Below, piece by piece: positions 48,844-62,737 of a stretch of 63,833 nucleotides of DNA. Each line of letters opens with the position of its first letter. Within the stretch, counting starts at the first letter, position 1. This DNA is from Lama glama (taxonomy: Eukaryota). The stretch lies in contig CM052817.1 in the NCBI GenBank assembly GCA_028534125.1, positions 106,394,001-106,457,833 on the forward strand, given 5' to 3'. The position numbers and the translations under genes are program-made. A model generated the notes under the pieces. That model saw only the letters and a program-made list of their open reading frames with translations. It searched no databases and was not told the DNA's origin.

Positions 48844-50059
48844 TTAAATATTGTTACATATTATTGAAACTCACCAAGTTGCATGTTTTCCAATTTCTGG
48901 TTTCCACCCACACATATTATCATGAAGGAAAATGCACCCAATTAAAATTGAAGACATTTGAAAAACTATTCAGAACTTTGCAAAACTGTCATTATTTAAA
49001 CAGTTCAAGAAACAAACAAAAAAAAACCATGCTTTACAAAAAACAGCCAGTGTACATAAAAAAGAATTAGGTTCGTGCCGAGCACCTCATCTGAATGCAA
49101 AGAGAGGGAGAACACTAAAGAAGTCAGAGTAATATAGAGAAATGGGTTGTTTTCCCAGAATCACTTGATAATCAGGTAATGTATCACATTATCCAATCAT
49201 CTCTGACAGGAAGTTTGCTATACCCTACCTTGACTAAGAAGAGTGGTAAAACTGTGTCACTTGAAATTATAGGTTTTCAAATTGAGTTATGTTATTTTAC
49301 ATCCACCATGTCAGGGCTTTTATAAATTGTTAATCTCCTGGTAAACATTCCTACAACTAAAACACAATTATTATTTGCAAGCAAAGTGAATGTGTTAGGG
49401 AAATGTAACAGATAGTTACTATGCAAAATTACCTGCTGTCTCCTGGGACTAGAAAATGAGACATTGCATCTCCTACAGGCATCCTAAAAGGAATATTGAT
49501 AAGTAAATAGAATAACTGAACATTTGGTAAATTACCATTTCAATGAATCATGTCCTTCCTAAATTCAGGAGGTAGCACCTTTCAGGAAAGCAGGAAGGCG
49601 GGGGAATGTTTATGAAAGCAGTCTGAAAATGAATTAAGAAAACATTGACCTTTAATACTCAGAGTTCATATTTAGAAATGAAAAAGAGTATTTTTCACAG
49701 CAGATGGTATAGTTCTTATTAAATGAGCATGAGTATTTCAAGATGCAACACATACTCAACCTTTCTATTAACTGTGGACATTAAAAAAAAAAAACAGTAG
49801 TTCTTCAAAGAAGATTCTAGAACCTAGAAAGGCAACCAGGAGGCTACACAGGTATGATTCTTACATGAACATTTATACATAAAAAGCAAACACATACATA
49901 AAAAACAAATACATAATATACATAAAAAGCAAATATACACATCAAAGTGAATAGAATATATTCAGATTATCTTCAAAATTTTTCATGGTTTTCATGTATC
50001 CCAAATATATTTTTTCTATTATCAATTGTATATCTGATATTTAATAATTGTGTACTTTT

Positions 50060-50259
50060 TTTGATTGATCTGCTCTTTTTTAATTTTTTATTGCGTTATA
50101 GTAAGTTTGCAATGTTGTGTCAATTTCTGGTGTACAGCACAATTCTTCAGTCATGTATGAATATACACATATTCACTTTCATATTATTTTTCACCATGCA
50201 CTACTAGAAGATATTGAATATATTGTCCTGTGCTATGCAGTATAAATTCATTTATCTAC
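50060..50259 (-). mobile_element. 5'-truncated L1 3' end with TSD
   Basis: 18-bp TSD taataattgtgtactttt (50042-50059) / taatagttgtgtactttt (50260-50277). Confidence 0.93.
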
Positions 50260-50393
50260 TAATAGTTGTGTACTTTTAAAAGCAATTATTTAAGTGTTTA
50301 TGAATTTGTGTGGGCAGGTAAGCTCATTTTTATGATCCCAACTTCTCATGAACTTTAATAAAATACTAATCAATGTTCTTGGACAATTTTTTT

Positions 50394-50720
50394 TTCAGTT
50401 CTTTTTTTTTAACATTTTTTATTGATTTATAATCATTTTATAATGTTGTGTCAAATTCCAGTGTTCAGCACAATTTTTCAGTCATTCATGGACATATACA
50501 CACTCATTGTCACATTTTTTTCTCTGTGAGTTATCATGACATTTTGTGTATATTTCCCTGTGCTATACAGTGTAATCTTGTTTATCTATTCTACAATTTT
50601 GAAATCCCAGTCTATCCCTTCCCACCCTCCACCTGCCTGGTAACCACAAGTCTGTATTCTCTGTCTGTGAGTCTATTTCTGTCCTGTATTTATGCTTTGT
50701 TTTTGTTTGTTTGTTTGTTT
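50394..50720 (-). mobile_element. 5'-truncated young L1 3' end with TSD
   Basis: Homologous to the 24997 copy; TSD ttggacaattttttt/ttgtacaattttttt. Confidence 0.93.
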
Positions 50721-53349
50721 TTGTACAATTTTTTTAAGAATTTAGTAGTTCACTATGGGAAGTATGCCATCTAAAGTTTTCTAAGAATAACTTTGACTTT
50801 CCCTAAAGTTTCATAGAAATTTCAGAGAGAAAACCGTGATCTATGTGATTTCTGATACTAAATTGAAATCTAAAACATGGGTTGGGCAAAAATCTCTCTG
50901 AATGTTCAGCAAAGCTACATCAGACATGGGCTACCATTTATACTGCCTCTTTTTATTTCCATATTATATGTATTAGATGAGAAACTAAGTCACTTAGGAT
51001 CTAAGTGACTCAGTTTTTAACTTTTCAGTAAGTATGCCATAATCTTAAATTTACTGTTTCAGGGCATTTTGTTGGTTTTAAGTCACCTATATAATTTTCT
51101 CTGAAGTGTTCCAATACAAACATTCCTCAGTAAATATGCCTAGAATGAATTGTACTGCAATGAACATTCTTCACCCTCTGGATAGTAAGATTTATTCATT
51201 TTTTGAAAATAAATGAATTCATTTGGTCAACAAAAATTTTAGTGGATTTCATCTGCGAAGCACTGAACTCAGTGTTGGAGTTGTACAGATAGGATTGCCC
51301 ATTGCTTTCAAACAATTGACAAGATTGCTTTGTCTCCAATCGTTTCAAACTCTCCATACCAGAGCATGGGGTGTGGAACTGTTTAATTGCGCCAATCTCC
51401 TTGTCTTATTCCCTTATTTATGTGTTATTACCCAACCAACTCATAGTCTACGTTTCTCTTGCTGTAAGTGGCAGATCAACCCTCCAGCCAGTTCTTTAGA
51501 CCCTTGCTTTTTCACTTCCTTGCCTTCGTGCAGCTTCAGCGAGCCCTCTAAAATTCAGTATGTTAGAGGGATGTTCAGCTAACTCCAGCCTGCTCTAACA
51601 GTGCCATTACGGGACACAAAGCAGGTGCCTAAGAATCACTGCTTTTAAAATCATCTTTTCTGACTAGTGTTGCAACCAAAGCAATTTGGCACAGCAACAG
51701 TGAATGCAGGGAACGAATTTGTGGCAAATAAGGAATTATCTTCTCTGTGTGAAGCCTAAGGAATAACTCTGGGGCTTTAGAGTAACTGACAAGTACCTTC
51801 TTGGTTGGGGAACAGCTAGGCTTATCTGAGTATAAATCAATGAATGAACAGAACGCAGTCTTAATTATGTTTCACTTCCCAGCGCATGTACTAGTCCTGG
51901 CCTATAGCTGGTGCTTTCCGATTTTATTAATTCGAAGGCCATTTGACAATTAAAATGCCCAACTCCTGTGAAATATCCCTGCAGTATAATAAAATACCCT
52001 TCTCTGACACCATATGCTAATTCTTGTATTTCTTTTTCCTGTTGTTTCGCATTTTGACAGGATTCATGCTTTACCATTTTTTTTTGGAATTGCCTCTAAT
52101 AACTGTTAAAGATTTCTTCATAAAATATAGCATGGCTTAAAAAGATATTCCATTTCTGAGTATAAAATCTAAAGGATACAAAAACATGGAATCTAATCTG
52201 AAAAGTCTGCAAGATAAACATTTTCAACACAGCCATTCCTTCAGGGATAGTTCTATAACCAGGAGTGCATGAAACCCGGGGCATAATGAAACGATTTCAT
52301 TTTCCATTTGTTTAGGAAAGGCCAGGAGGCTATTTATGTACTAATAGGTTTATTAATAAACTGAAAAAGCAATAACCTCACCTGTATGGCGATCAGTGAA
52401 GCCAGAGATAATGGAAAACCCAATTTTACATAAAAGGAAGTTTTATGGTTCTCATGACTACTTTTGATTTTCTTAATAATGATTCCATTTGACGAGCTTC
52501 TCATTTTTTCTGTCTACATATGTCTTTCCTCATTTCATGTTCAACTAAATGAGAAAATATTTAGAGTATGTTTTCTTTGCATGAATATTATCAAAATCAC
52601 ACACACAAAAACTCTTGTAAATGAGTAAAACTCCGTCACATTCATGCTGCTCATTACAATCCTCTTGTAAAGCTATTAATTTGGTGACTTTGCTAAGTTA
52701 CATCCTCATCAGCATATGACCTTAGTCAAGTCTGCAATGGCTGTTGCAATCTATCCTTTCAAATAAGTTATGCATTTAAATGAAAGGTCTATAAGAAAGA
52801 TGAACTGGCTATTTCCAGCACTTGCAGCTCTGTGGCTGGACTATAAAAGGAAGAAAAAAAAATTAGGGTAGGAGACTTTCCTATAATCAATAATTTTACT
52901 TGTGTGAAAATGAAATATAGACTCTACCATGATGTTTATATGTATGAGATTGACCATTATGAAAAAAATTGTTTAAACAACCTGTTATTGAAACCAGATT
53001 ATTCTCAGTAGAAATGCTACTATAGATTAAAAATTATTTCTGCTAGATGTTTATTCCTATTTGACAGGAAAGATAATAAATACTTTATTTTTTGCCTTTT
53101 AATATTACATATAGATTTTTATCATCAAGTCTAGATCTCAGACTCTAACTATTTTTAGGCTGAACATGTCCATATAAGACCTTACTTGTACGGTCTAATA
53201 ATTTAATTGTATTGTATTTAACTAGTAAATATGATCAACCTGATGAAACATGCCACAAATGCCTTTCAGAGATCAGATCATTGTTAATTTAGATGATTCT
53301 GTGTGCAAAACAATCTGAGACAATATAATTAAACATTGATAACCACCAA

Positions 53350-55390
53350 CACCTGGAAACCAAAACCAGGCAAAGACAGTATCAGAAAGGAAAATTACAG
53401 GCCACTATTTTTGATGACTATAGGTGGATGCAAAAATTCTCAAAAAAAATACAGATATTTGTTGTATTTCTGTATACTACTGATGAAATATCAGCAGGAA
53501 AAAGTATAAAAAAATTACTTTTAAAATCTTATAAAAAATATTTAGGAATAAACGTGACCAAGGAGGTGAAAGGCTTACTTATATGCTGAGAACTACAAAA
53601 TATTGATAAAGGAAATTGAAGATGCTTCAAGGAAATGGAGATGTCACATAGTCTTTGAGAAGAATTGATATTGTTAAAATGGCAATAGTCCCCAAAGCAA
53701 TCTACAGATTTAATAGGATCCCTATCAAATTACCCATGACATTTTTCACAGAACTAGAGCTAATAATTCTAAAATTTATATTGAACCACAAAAGATCCTG
53801 AATTTCCAAAGCAATCTTGAGAAAAAAGAACAATCTGGAGGTATCACACTCCCTGGCTTTGGACAATACTAGAAAGCTAGAAAGCTACAGTAATCAAAAC
53901 ACTATGGTACTGGCACAAAAGCAGACATGTAGATCAATGGAACAGAATAGAAAGCATAGAAATGAACCCACACACTATGGTCAATTAATCTATGACAAAG
54001 GAAGAAAGAATATACAATAAAGAAAAGACAGTTTCTTCATCAAATGGCTGGACAGCCACATGTAAATCAATGAAGTTAGAATACTCTCTCACACCATACA
54101 CAAAAATAAATTCAAAACGGCTTAAAGACTTAAACATAAGACAAGACACTACAAAACCTCTTAGAGGAACACATAGGCAAAACATTCTCTGACATAAATC
54201 ATAGTAATGTTTTCTTAGGTCAGTCTCCCAAGGCAAAAGAAATAAAAGCAAAAATAAACAAATAGGACCAAATTAAACTTACAAGCTTTTGCACAGTAAA
54301 GGAAACCATAAGCAACATGAAAAGACAACCTATGAACAGGGAGAAAATATTTGCAGATGATACAACTGACAAGGGCTTAATTTCCAAAATATACATACAT
54401 TTCATACAACTCAATAACAAAAAAAGAAACAACCCAATCAAAAAATGGGCAGAAGACCTAAATAGATATTTCTCCAAAGAAGATATACAAATGGCCAATA
54501 GACACCTGAAACGATGCTCTAGATCACTAATTATTAGATGTAAGTCAAAACTACAATGAGTTATTACCTCCCACCTGTCAGAATGGCCATCATCAAAATA
54601 TCTACAAATAGGAAATACTGGAGAGAGTGTGTAGAAAAGGAAACTGTCCTATACTGTTGGTGGAAATGTAAATTGGTGAAGCTGCTATGGAAAACAATAT
54701 AAAGATTCCTTTAAAAACTAAAAATAGAGTTACCATATGATCTAGCAACCCCACTCCTGGGCATATATCCAGAGAACACTCTAATTTGAAAAGATACATG
54801 TACATCAATGTTCATAGCAATGCTATTTACAATAACCAAGACATGGAATCAACCTAAATGTCCATTGACAGATGACTAGATAAAGAAGATGTGGTATGTT
54901 TATACAATGGAATACTACTTACTTAGCCATAAAAAAGAGTAAAATAATGCCGTTTGCATCAACATGTTTGGACCTAGAGGTGAGCATACAAAGTTATTTA
55001 AGTCAGACAGAGAAAGACAAATATCATATGGTATCACTTATATGTAGAATCTACAAAGTTATAAAAATGAACTTATATACAAAACAGAAATAGAATCACA
55101 GACATAGAAAACAAACTTATGGTTACCAAATGGGGAAGAGGGGAGGGATAAATTAGGAGTCTGGGATTAGTGGATTCAACTACTGTACATAAAATAGATA
55201 AGCAGCAAGGACTTACTGTATAGCACAGGGAACTATATTCAATATCTTGTAAAAAAACTACACTGAAAAAGAATTTGGAAAAGAATATGTATGTGTATAT
55301 ATATATATACATGCGCACACACGTACATATATGTACACCAGAAACTAACACAACACTGTAAATAAACTACACTTCATTTAAGAAATTAAA
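53350..55390 (+). mobile_element. Artiodactyl-type L1: ORF2 with internal deletion, 3' UTR, tail
   Basis: ORF2 peptides ([47 protein letters not shown]) and 3' UTR; frameshifted. Confidence 0.95.
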
Positions 55391-57974
55391 TTATCTTTGG
55401 CATTCAGTTTTTTAAAAAATGATAGACTATTAAGTGTTTAGATTAAAAATAGTTAAAGAAATAAATTTGAGACAAATTTTGAGAATGTTTAGACGTGTTA
55501 CACTTAATAAAGGAAGCGGCCTAGAGATATAATGCGTCCAGGAGCGTTAGAAGGCAAATTCAGAAGAATTACAGAAAAGCAACTGATCATAGTTAGCTAA
55601 GCAAAGGGATGTGTAAAACAGAGACAAAATGAATTGTCAATAAAAAGGTAGAAATGAAATCAGTTAAGTTAAAAATACCATGAGATACTTTTGAATACTT
55701 TAAGTTAGACTATGAAATGTGAATGAATCAATGACATGAAATTTTCATGAAGTCTTCAAATAAATATTTTAAATAAATATTTATTAAAGTTATTATTATA
55801 AATGATTCATTAGGTAAAAAATAAGAACAAAGTCTTCTAAAGTTGTTACAAAAAATATTTTTCTATAAATGGACCTATGAGCCACAGTATGCCCCATTGA
55901 AAGTGCCAAAGGAGTATAATGTGGGTAATTAAAGGTAAGATGAAACTATTACAAAGAGCAGTAAAATACATAAACTTACTTCCTATGGAGAATAGAAGTT
56001 TATCAATAGACCAAGTGATTCTTTTAGCACAGACAGTATGACAGAAATTTTTTTTCTGATGCATGAAGAATTCCACATGCTAGTCAGTGGAAAGGAAAAT
56101 GCTGAAACTACAAGTATAATACTGGATTATTTTATAAAGATGCTTAAATTTAATTCCGAATACTGTCTTCCAGATTCTTAAGCTCATTCATTAGTAATCT
56201 AAACAATTGGAGCTAGGATATTTTTAAAGCCTATATTTTGTATTTTGGAGAATAAATGAAAATGGATTACTGTGTAACAAAGTATAAAAAGCCAAATATT
56301 GGATATTTGCCAACTGTATAAGCCTATGTTGCAAAAATGAAGGTAAAATTTAAATATATTCCTGGATGAAGTTTTGTTTGAATAATTTATTTTTTCAGCA
56401 TATTTTTACATCTATTAGATAATGCTTATGACTATATTGCATGCAAAATAGCTACAATTCTGGTCAATTAAAAAATAACTAGTGAAAATATTTTAAAACT
56501 GATGTCTTTTTAGTACTATGAAATTTATTTTATTGTTAAAACTTTGTATTTTATGTTTTGAGCTAAACAGTGCAAAACATGTATGTCTTCCATGGAAACT
56601 ATAATAAATTGATAACCTTGTTATTATTTCAATTTTATCCAGTATGATGTTAGGATAACAATGCAACACTTTACTTTCCTTGCAGTCAAAAAGTTAAACA
56701 CAGTTAATATTTCAAAATTTGAAGATTCTATGAGTTCTCCTTAAGGTTGAGAAATATTACTCTTTTGAGTTTTTATACTATGTTTTTACTAGGTCTAAAA
56801 ACACTTGTTCAATGAAACACTCTTAAATAAACCTTTTCAAATAATTAAAAGATGCTCGCACAAATTACATTTGAGTTAAGAAGCTTCAGAATCAGGTTAA
56901 CAGAATAATAAATCTACTTCACTTAGCATCCTTCTCCAATTTCTTTTCTTTTCTTTTTTTGCAATTTCTATGGCACTTGTATTAGGACTTCACAAAAGAA
57001 AAGTGGTTTGGATACTCTGGAATTTTAAAACAGTAAATGCAATTAAGCTTGGATAAGTAGATCTCTCTTCAACATTTGGCAACCTTTTTAAGGACATGAA
57101 AACGTAAAGGAAAGTTCTTTTTTGAAGCATCCTCAACAACGTCGTAGGAAGACTGGGGAAGGAAATACTTTGCCAAATAAATGGAGGAGTCCTCATTTGC
57201 AAATCTGTGCATTTATTATGTTCTCTTACCAAAAGTACTTCGTAAGAAGGTGCTTTTTAGAGTAAATAAATAAACTTTATTTTTTATGACAAACTTGGCA
57301 TGATGAAAATCATTTTCCCCCCAAAATGGTAGCTTTTCCAAAATATAATAAATATAATTATGTAAAATGTTTTATTCACACATCAGAGTATCAAAGGTAA
57401 TAAAGATACGGCCATGAGTGAGCTCTACTTCCTGTGGGTAAACTGACATTAGTGTGAAGAGTTTTCTTTCTTTCTTTGTTTTAATTAAACTTACTGAACT
57501 TCGCTTTTATGTTAACAATGGTTTTGGAGCATTTCAGCCAAGTGGGATTTCTTCTTATCCTCTGTGAATTTCGCTGGGGATTTTAGTTTCCTCTCGTATC
57601 CTTAGTATTTCTGAACTTTGTAAGATCTATTCTTGGATCTATTAATGTTAAGTGTGTTCATTTAGAGGCAGTTTATACCGTGGAATCATGAGTAAGCTCA
57701 TTCATAAATTCAGTCAATCAAACGTTTGATGAAAAAACGGAATTGAAAGTCCAGTGGAAAACTAAGCTGACATGACTCATAGTTTGAGTGAGTACAAAGC
57801 ATAGAACAGCATCTTTTAGAGCCCTCCAGAAAGGTTAGGTTTATATCAGAAATAACAGACAGAAAATGTCTCTCTAAAAATGGTGACATTTGCTTTAGAG
57901 TGCCTGTTTTTTCTCAACCGTGAGAACCTGTTCTGAGGACACAGGTAGCCTACATATAGTGCCAGTAAATAATT

Positions 57975-58290
57975 ACCCAATAGCATTTATTTAGCAAATA
58001 GTACTGCTGGGATGTTATATGCCAGTGATGGATTTAAATTCTAATGGAAGAGACACACACTAGACAAATGAATAAAAAAAATTAATAGATGAAAGTTTGG
58101 GAAGTGCTTAGGTGGCCGACAATAGGGTGCTGCTTCAGAGAGTAACAGCAATGAACTTAGCTACTTTGCATAGGAGGTTAGGAAAAGACCACAAAAAGTA
58201 ATTTTTAGGCTGATTCCTGATTCTCATTGAGAAGGTCCCAGGCACATGCAAAGGTGGGAAAAATAATTTCTATACAAAAGCCATCATCTA
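57975..58290 (-). mobile_element. L2 3' relic
   Basis: agcatttatttagca...ttctaatggaagagacacac...ggaggttaggaaaagacc. Confidence 0.6.
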
Positions 58291-59129
58291 AAAAGGCACA
58301 TAATACCAGTCCCATACAGCTGTGATGGATACCATCCAAGGCCAAAGCTGAATTGCCTTTCATTAGTCTTTGCTCATATTTTTTTTTTTATTATCTCACA
58401 CAGCAAGTCAAAACCGGAACATTGGATTTAAGTGATTCTGTCTTCACAGCTTTTAGGGAAAGTTTTCTCCTATTCAGGCCACAAACCCTCTCTTCTTAGC
58501 ATCGGAGACTATCAATTAAAACTAGGTCAGTGACTACAGAGGTTTCAAAAAGCCACATTAGTGTCTCTGACATTTCTGCTGATGTTAGCTGTACTTCTTT
58601 TTGCTTGGGTGCCGAGGTGAATGCATGCTAGAGACTCAAATCATTAATGACTCCGTTCTGAAATTAATAAACCAGGTAAATGGCATCAGATGTAAGAATC
58701 TAAATTGAATGCTCCGCAAAAACTATAATTCACACCAATATGTATTTTGTGGTATTTCCATTGAAGTCACTTTGTATGCCAGTAAAAAGGGGTATTCTTT
58801 ATTTTAATAATTAAATGGGAATATGACTCAGGATAAGAGAGTCTATTGTTCCTTCTACCATTTGACTAAGTTGTTATTTCTTGGGCTGTCTGGTTATATG
58901 AGAAGGGTAAGGGGTAATTATCATGTAATCAGCCAAATAAAGGTTGAATAGCAGTTCCTCTACTGAGTTCTTTAACCATGCTCACAATATGTCAAACCTC
59001 CTCAACTTAGATAACATTTTTGAGAGAGAAATAAAGTTCTGTGCTCTCAAAGGTAGCAAGTACTCAATTTTCCGTCTTAAGTGCCCTGATTTGAGTCATT
59101 GTGTTTTTGTATCGATGCAAGAGTGATGG

Positions 59130-59360
59130 ACAGTGACATTTAAGACTTGTCATAAGATGAGGTTTTGAAGCCTGGCTTTGGGATTTACTATCTGTGACCT
59201 CAGGTGAGCTAGTTAACATCCTTAAATCTATTTGCAAATCTGTGAAATGAAAGCCCCTGGTTTATGAGATTGTTATCAGGGTTAAAAAGAATAACGTATT
59301 TGAAGTGTTATTACAGTGTTGGCACATGGTGAACATTAAAAATTGAAAGTTATTATTACA
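59130..59360 (+). mobile_element. MIR SINE
   Basis: tttactatctgtgacctcaggtgagctagttaacatc...atctgtgaaatga...gattgttatcagggttaaa...cagtgttggcacatggtgaa. Confidence 0.8.
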
Positions 59361-59613
59361 AATTAAAAGTAAATTTGTATTTTGTATAAAATAGTGAAGT
59401 TTTCCCATATTTTCCAGCATTTTTCTGTATGCTGTAATCATCCAAATCCTAGCCATTACTTAGGATCCCTAAAATTATAAATTTGAGTGTTAACTTTGGC
59501 CATCTTGATGTATTTCAGCTCAATGAGAGAAAAGGAATTGGACTTATCACTGGAAAGAGAGTAATTAAAGGGTTCACACCAATCTAAGAATTAATTAAAA
59601 TTAAACAATTCAT

Positions 59614-59753
59614 GGGGGGAGGGTATAGCTCAAGTTGTAGACTGCATGCTTAACATGCACAAGGTCCTGGGTTCAATCCCCAGTACCTCCCCTAAAAAAA
59701 TAAATAAATAAGTAAACCTGATTACCTCCCCCCTCAAAAAATTAAAAAATATA
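59614..59753 (+). mobile_element. tRNA-Ala-derived SINE (Vic-1-like), long form
   Basis: ggggggagggtatagctcaag...ggtcctgggttcaatccccagtacctcc; aaacctgattacctcccc module; TSD taaacaattcatg/taaacgatttatg. Confidence 0.95.
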
Positions 59754-59857
59754 TAAACGATTTATGTATAAAATAACAATGTAATGCTTTAACATGTTTT
59801 CAAATGAGATGTTAGAAAAATTGTTCTCAAAAATTCTAACTTGCTGCTTTCAATGAC

Positions 59858-60533
59858 TTTTTATTTTATTTTACTTTTTATTGAAGTATAGTCAATTTAC
59901 AATGCTGTGTCAGTTTCTGGTGCACAGCATCATGTTTCAGTCATACATAAACATACATATATTCCTTTTCATATTCTTGTTCATTATAGGTTACTACAAG
60001 ATACTGAATATAGTTCCCTGTGCTATACAGAAGAAACCTATTAAATATCAATTTTATATATAGTAGTTAGTATCTGTAAATCTTGAATTCCCAATTTAAT
60101 CCCTTCCCACCACCTTTCACCCCTCGTAACCATAAGTCTGTTTTCTATGTCTGTCTGTGAGTCTGTTTCTGTTTTGCAAAAAAATTCATTTGTGTCTTTT
60201 TTTTTTTTTTTTTAGATTTCACATATGACTGATATCATATGGTATTTTTCTTTTTCTTTCTGGCTTACTTCACTTAGAAAGACAATCCCCAGGTCCATTC
60301 ATGTTGCTGCAAATGACATTATTTTATTCTTTTTTATGGCTGAGTAGTATAAATATACTACAACTTCTTTATCCAGTCATCTGTCGATGAACGTTTAGGT
60401 TGCTTCCGTGACTTGGCTGTTGTAAATAGTGCTGCTGTGAACATTGAGATGCATGTATTTTTTTTGAACTATAGTTCCTTCCAGGTATGTGCCCAGGAGT
60501 GCAATTGCTGGATCATATGGTAGGTCTGTTTTC
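59858..60533 (-). mobile_element. 5'-truncated artiodactyl-type L1
   Basis: Near-colinear with 10453-11110 and 1-460; degenerate TSD tcaatgacttt/tcagtgacatt. Confidence 0.94.
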
Positions 60534-60799
60534 TCAGTGACATTTCAGATGTTGAGGATACTTATTCTTCTTTCATAGAAAATTCTAATACAACAAGTCA
60601 TGGAATTTAGTCCCGAAAACAAATGGGGACCACAGAAGTAACACTTCTGGAAGAAGTTTGACACTGAGCTACCATCAAAAAAAAGTTGAACGTGCCTTTT
60701 CAAATGGAATAAAATAACTTTAAAATGTGCAATCTATTGCTAAATAGAAATGTAAAATGTTACTTTTATTATCTAGCTGAAGCTTGTTTTCGTCACCGC

Positions 60800-61160
60800 A
60801 TAATGCCTTCTGTCATTGCTCTCAGGACTTCTCACTATTGCTTTCCTAACTGAGCTCTTCAAAGATTTGACTCAGCATTAAGGTCACCTCTTTGGAGAAG
60901 CCTTCCCAGCTCACCTGGTCAAAAGGCCCCAAACCAAGAAATAAGCCTTATCTTAGCAACCCAGCTTCTGTACTTTACCCCATTTATAAAAAGTTGTAAG
61001 ATGTAAGTATTTAATTTATTTTAACTTATGATTTAGCAATCTGGTCTTCTCCATACAGGCAGAGACCACAATCATCTCTCCCACTAATATGTTCCCAGTG
61101 CCGAGAAGACAACTAGGCTTATAGTAACTACTTAACAAACACTTTTCAATTACTGAATGG
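60800..61160 (+). mobile_element. L2 3' relic
   Basis: gtcacctctttggagaagccttccc; ggcagagaccac; gttcccagtgcc; end acttaacaaacacttttcaattactgaatg. Confidence 0.75.
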
Positions 61161-61189
61161 AGAAAGAAGTCGTTTTAGTTAAGCTTTGT

Positions 61190-62600
61190 TTTATCAAGGG
61201 AGGATGCAGGGAAGAAAATGTGAGTTAAAGTTGAGGCAAGAAAAGTTGGGAGATTCGTGCATACCATCCAAGGGGAGCCTTCTGCATACCGAGCTGGCTG
61301 TGCAGGCTTACAGGAACAACATTAGAGTTGGAATACATACATTTGGGAATCGTTACTTGACAGGCCATGAGCGGGATGGAATGCTCATGTTTCAAGGATG
61401 TAGAAAGATAGTAATACAGAAAATATTATAAGGACCACCAACCTTCAGAGGATGGGTAGAGGAGAATCCTGTTTGATAGACTGAAAAGAATCCACAGGGA
61501 TTGGAGGGTGTCATGGAAACCTAGAGAAAGGAGAGTATCTCAGGAAGCTGGGGATGATCAACCAAGTCAAATGGTGCTCACAGGTCAAGAAAGAAATGGA
61601 AAATGCCATTTGGGTTTGTCAACATGGAAATGACTAGTTACCTGAGCAAGAATAATTTTGATAGAAAAGTCTGGAGTGAACTGAATGGTGACTTGAAGTC
61701 AATAAAGAGGGAAAAGTATGGGACAAGACTATCTTCCGAAATTTGACCAAGCAGGATAGGACAGATCCACAGTCCTTTATGTGAAAATTTGTGGCTCAGG
61801 TGTGTTTGGAATTCTGAATATTTCATATTAAAAAAAGGTAAAGAAACACCTATTGTTTATAAATGACACCACTTTGACTTCTTAACAGCACTCCAAAATC
61901 AAATATTGTGCTTGAAATTCCACTAACTTTTCTGGAGTGAAATATATGAATATGTGAATATTCATGCTAAATTAGATAAGACTATAAACTACCTCTCGTC
62001 ATTTAAATTCTGATAAGATTTTTGACCAGCTAAATAACATAAAAAAAAAAACTTTTGGTTTTCAAAATTTTGGAATATCTGGATTGTGGTTGAAAAATTA
62101 TGCAGGAAAATATGATGCTAGCTAGAGAAGGATTTGCTATGAGAAATGTGTTTTCTTGTGTTTTGATTTGGTTTTCTACAACTGGAACTACCAAAACATA
62201 TCTAAAAAATGATACTGGGGTCTTCATAAAGGAGTGACTGAAGATTGAGGACAGATAGGAGATTTCTAGTAGAATTCAGGTCCCTGAGAAGTCAATTTGT
62301 TAGAAAATCTAGAGGTCACAAGAGGGACTAGGATTTCATAGAGCATTGGCCTGTCTTTAAATTTTACCCAGAGAAAAGGACAGAAAGGGTAAAGATGTAG
62401 AGAATTTATGCATTTGGTACAGGGTAGATAACAGGATACATTTTTAATCGTTTTTATCTTCTCTGTGAAATGTGATCAAAAGATACTGCCAGAGAGTTTA
62501 GAAAGCAAAGGAAGACTCCACTGTTTGAGTGTGGAACAGTCTTTGATGAAGAAAGGAGAGCAAAAATTATTAGAAAAAAATGTGTAAGATGTGTTATTAA
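61190..62600 (-). mobile_element. L2 relic interrupted by a DNA transposon
   Basis: gtgtcatggaaacctagagaaaggagagtatctcaggaag...gtcaaatggtgctcacaggtcaag...gggtttgtcaacatgga; right part more decayed. Confidence 0.65.
61762..62105. mobile_element. MER46C-like (Tigger family) non-autonomous DNA transposon
   Basis: cagatccacagtcctttatgtgaaa..gtgtgtttggaattctgaat; tgaatattcatgctaa..aagactataaa; aaaaacttttggttttca..ttggaatatctggattgtgg. Confidence 0.75.
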
Positions 62601-62737
62601 CAATTATGATGGATTAATATTAATGCAATCATTCTCTGCATATTTATAAGGGTCTATGGTGTTACTGATGTGTTCTAGGCAGTAAAATAGAAGAAGGGTA
62701 AGATACAGTCACCTTCCTGTAAATTAAATCATATTGG

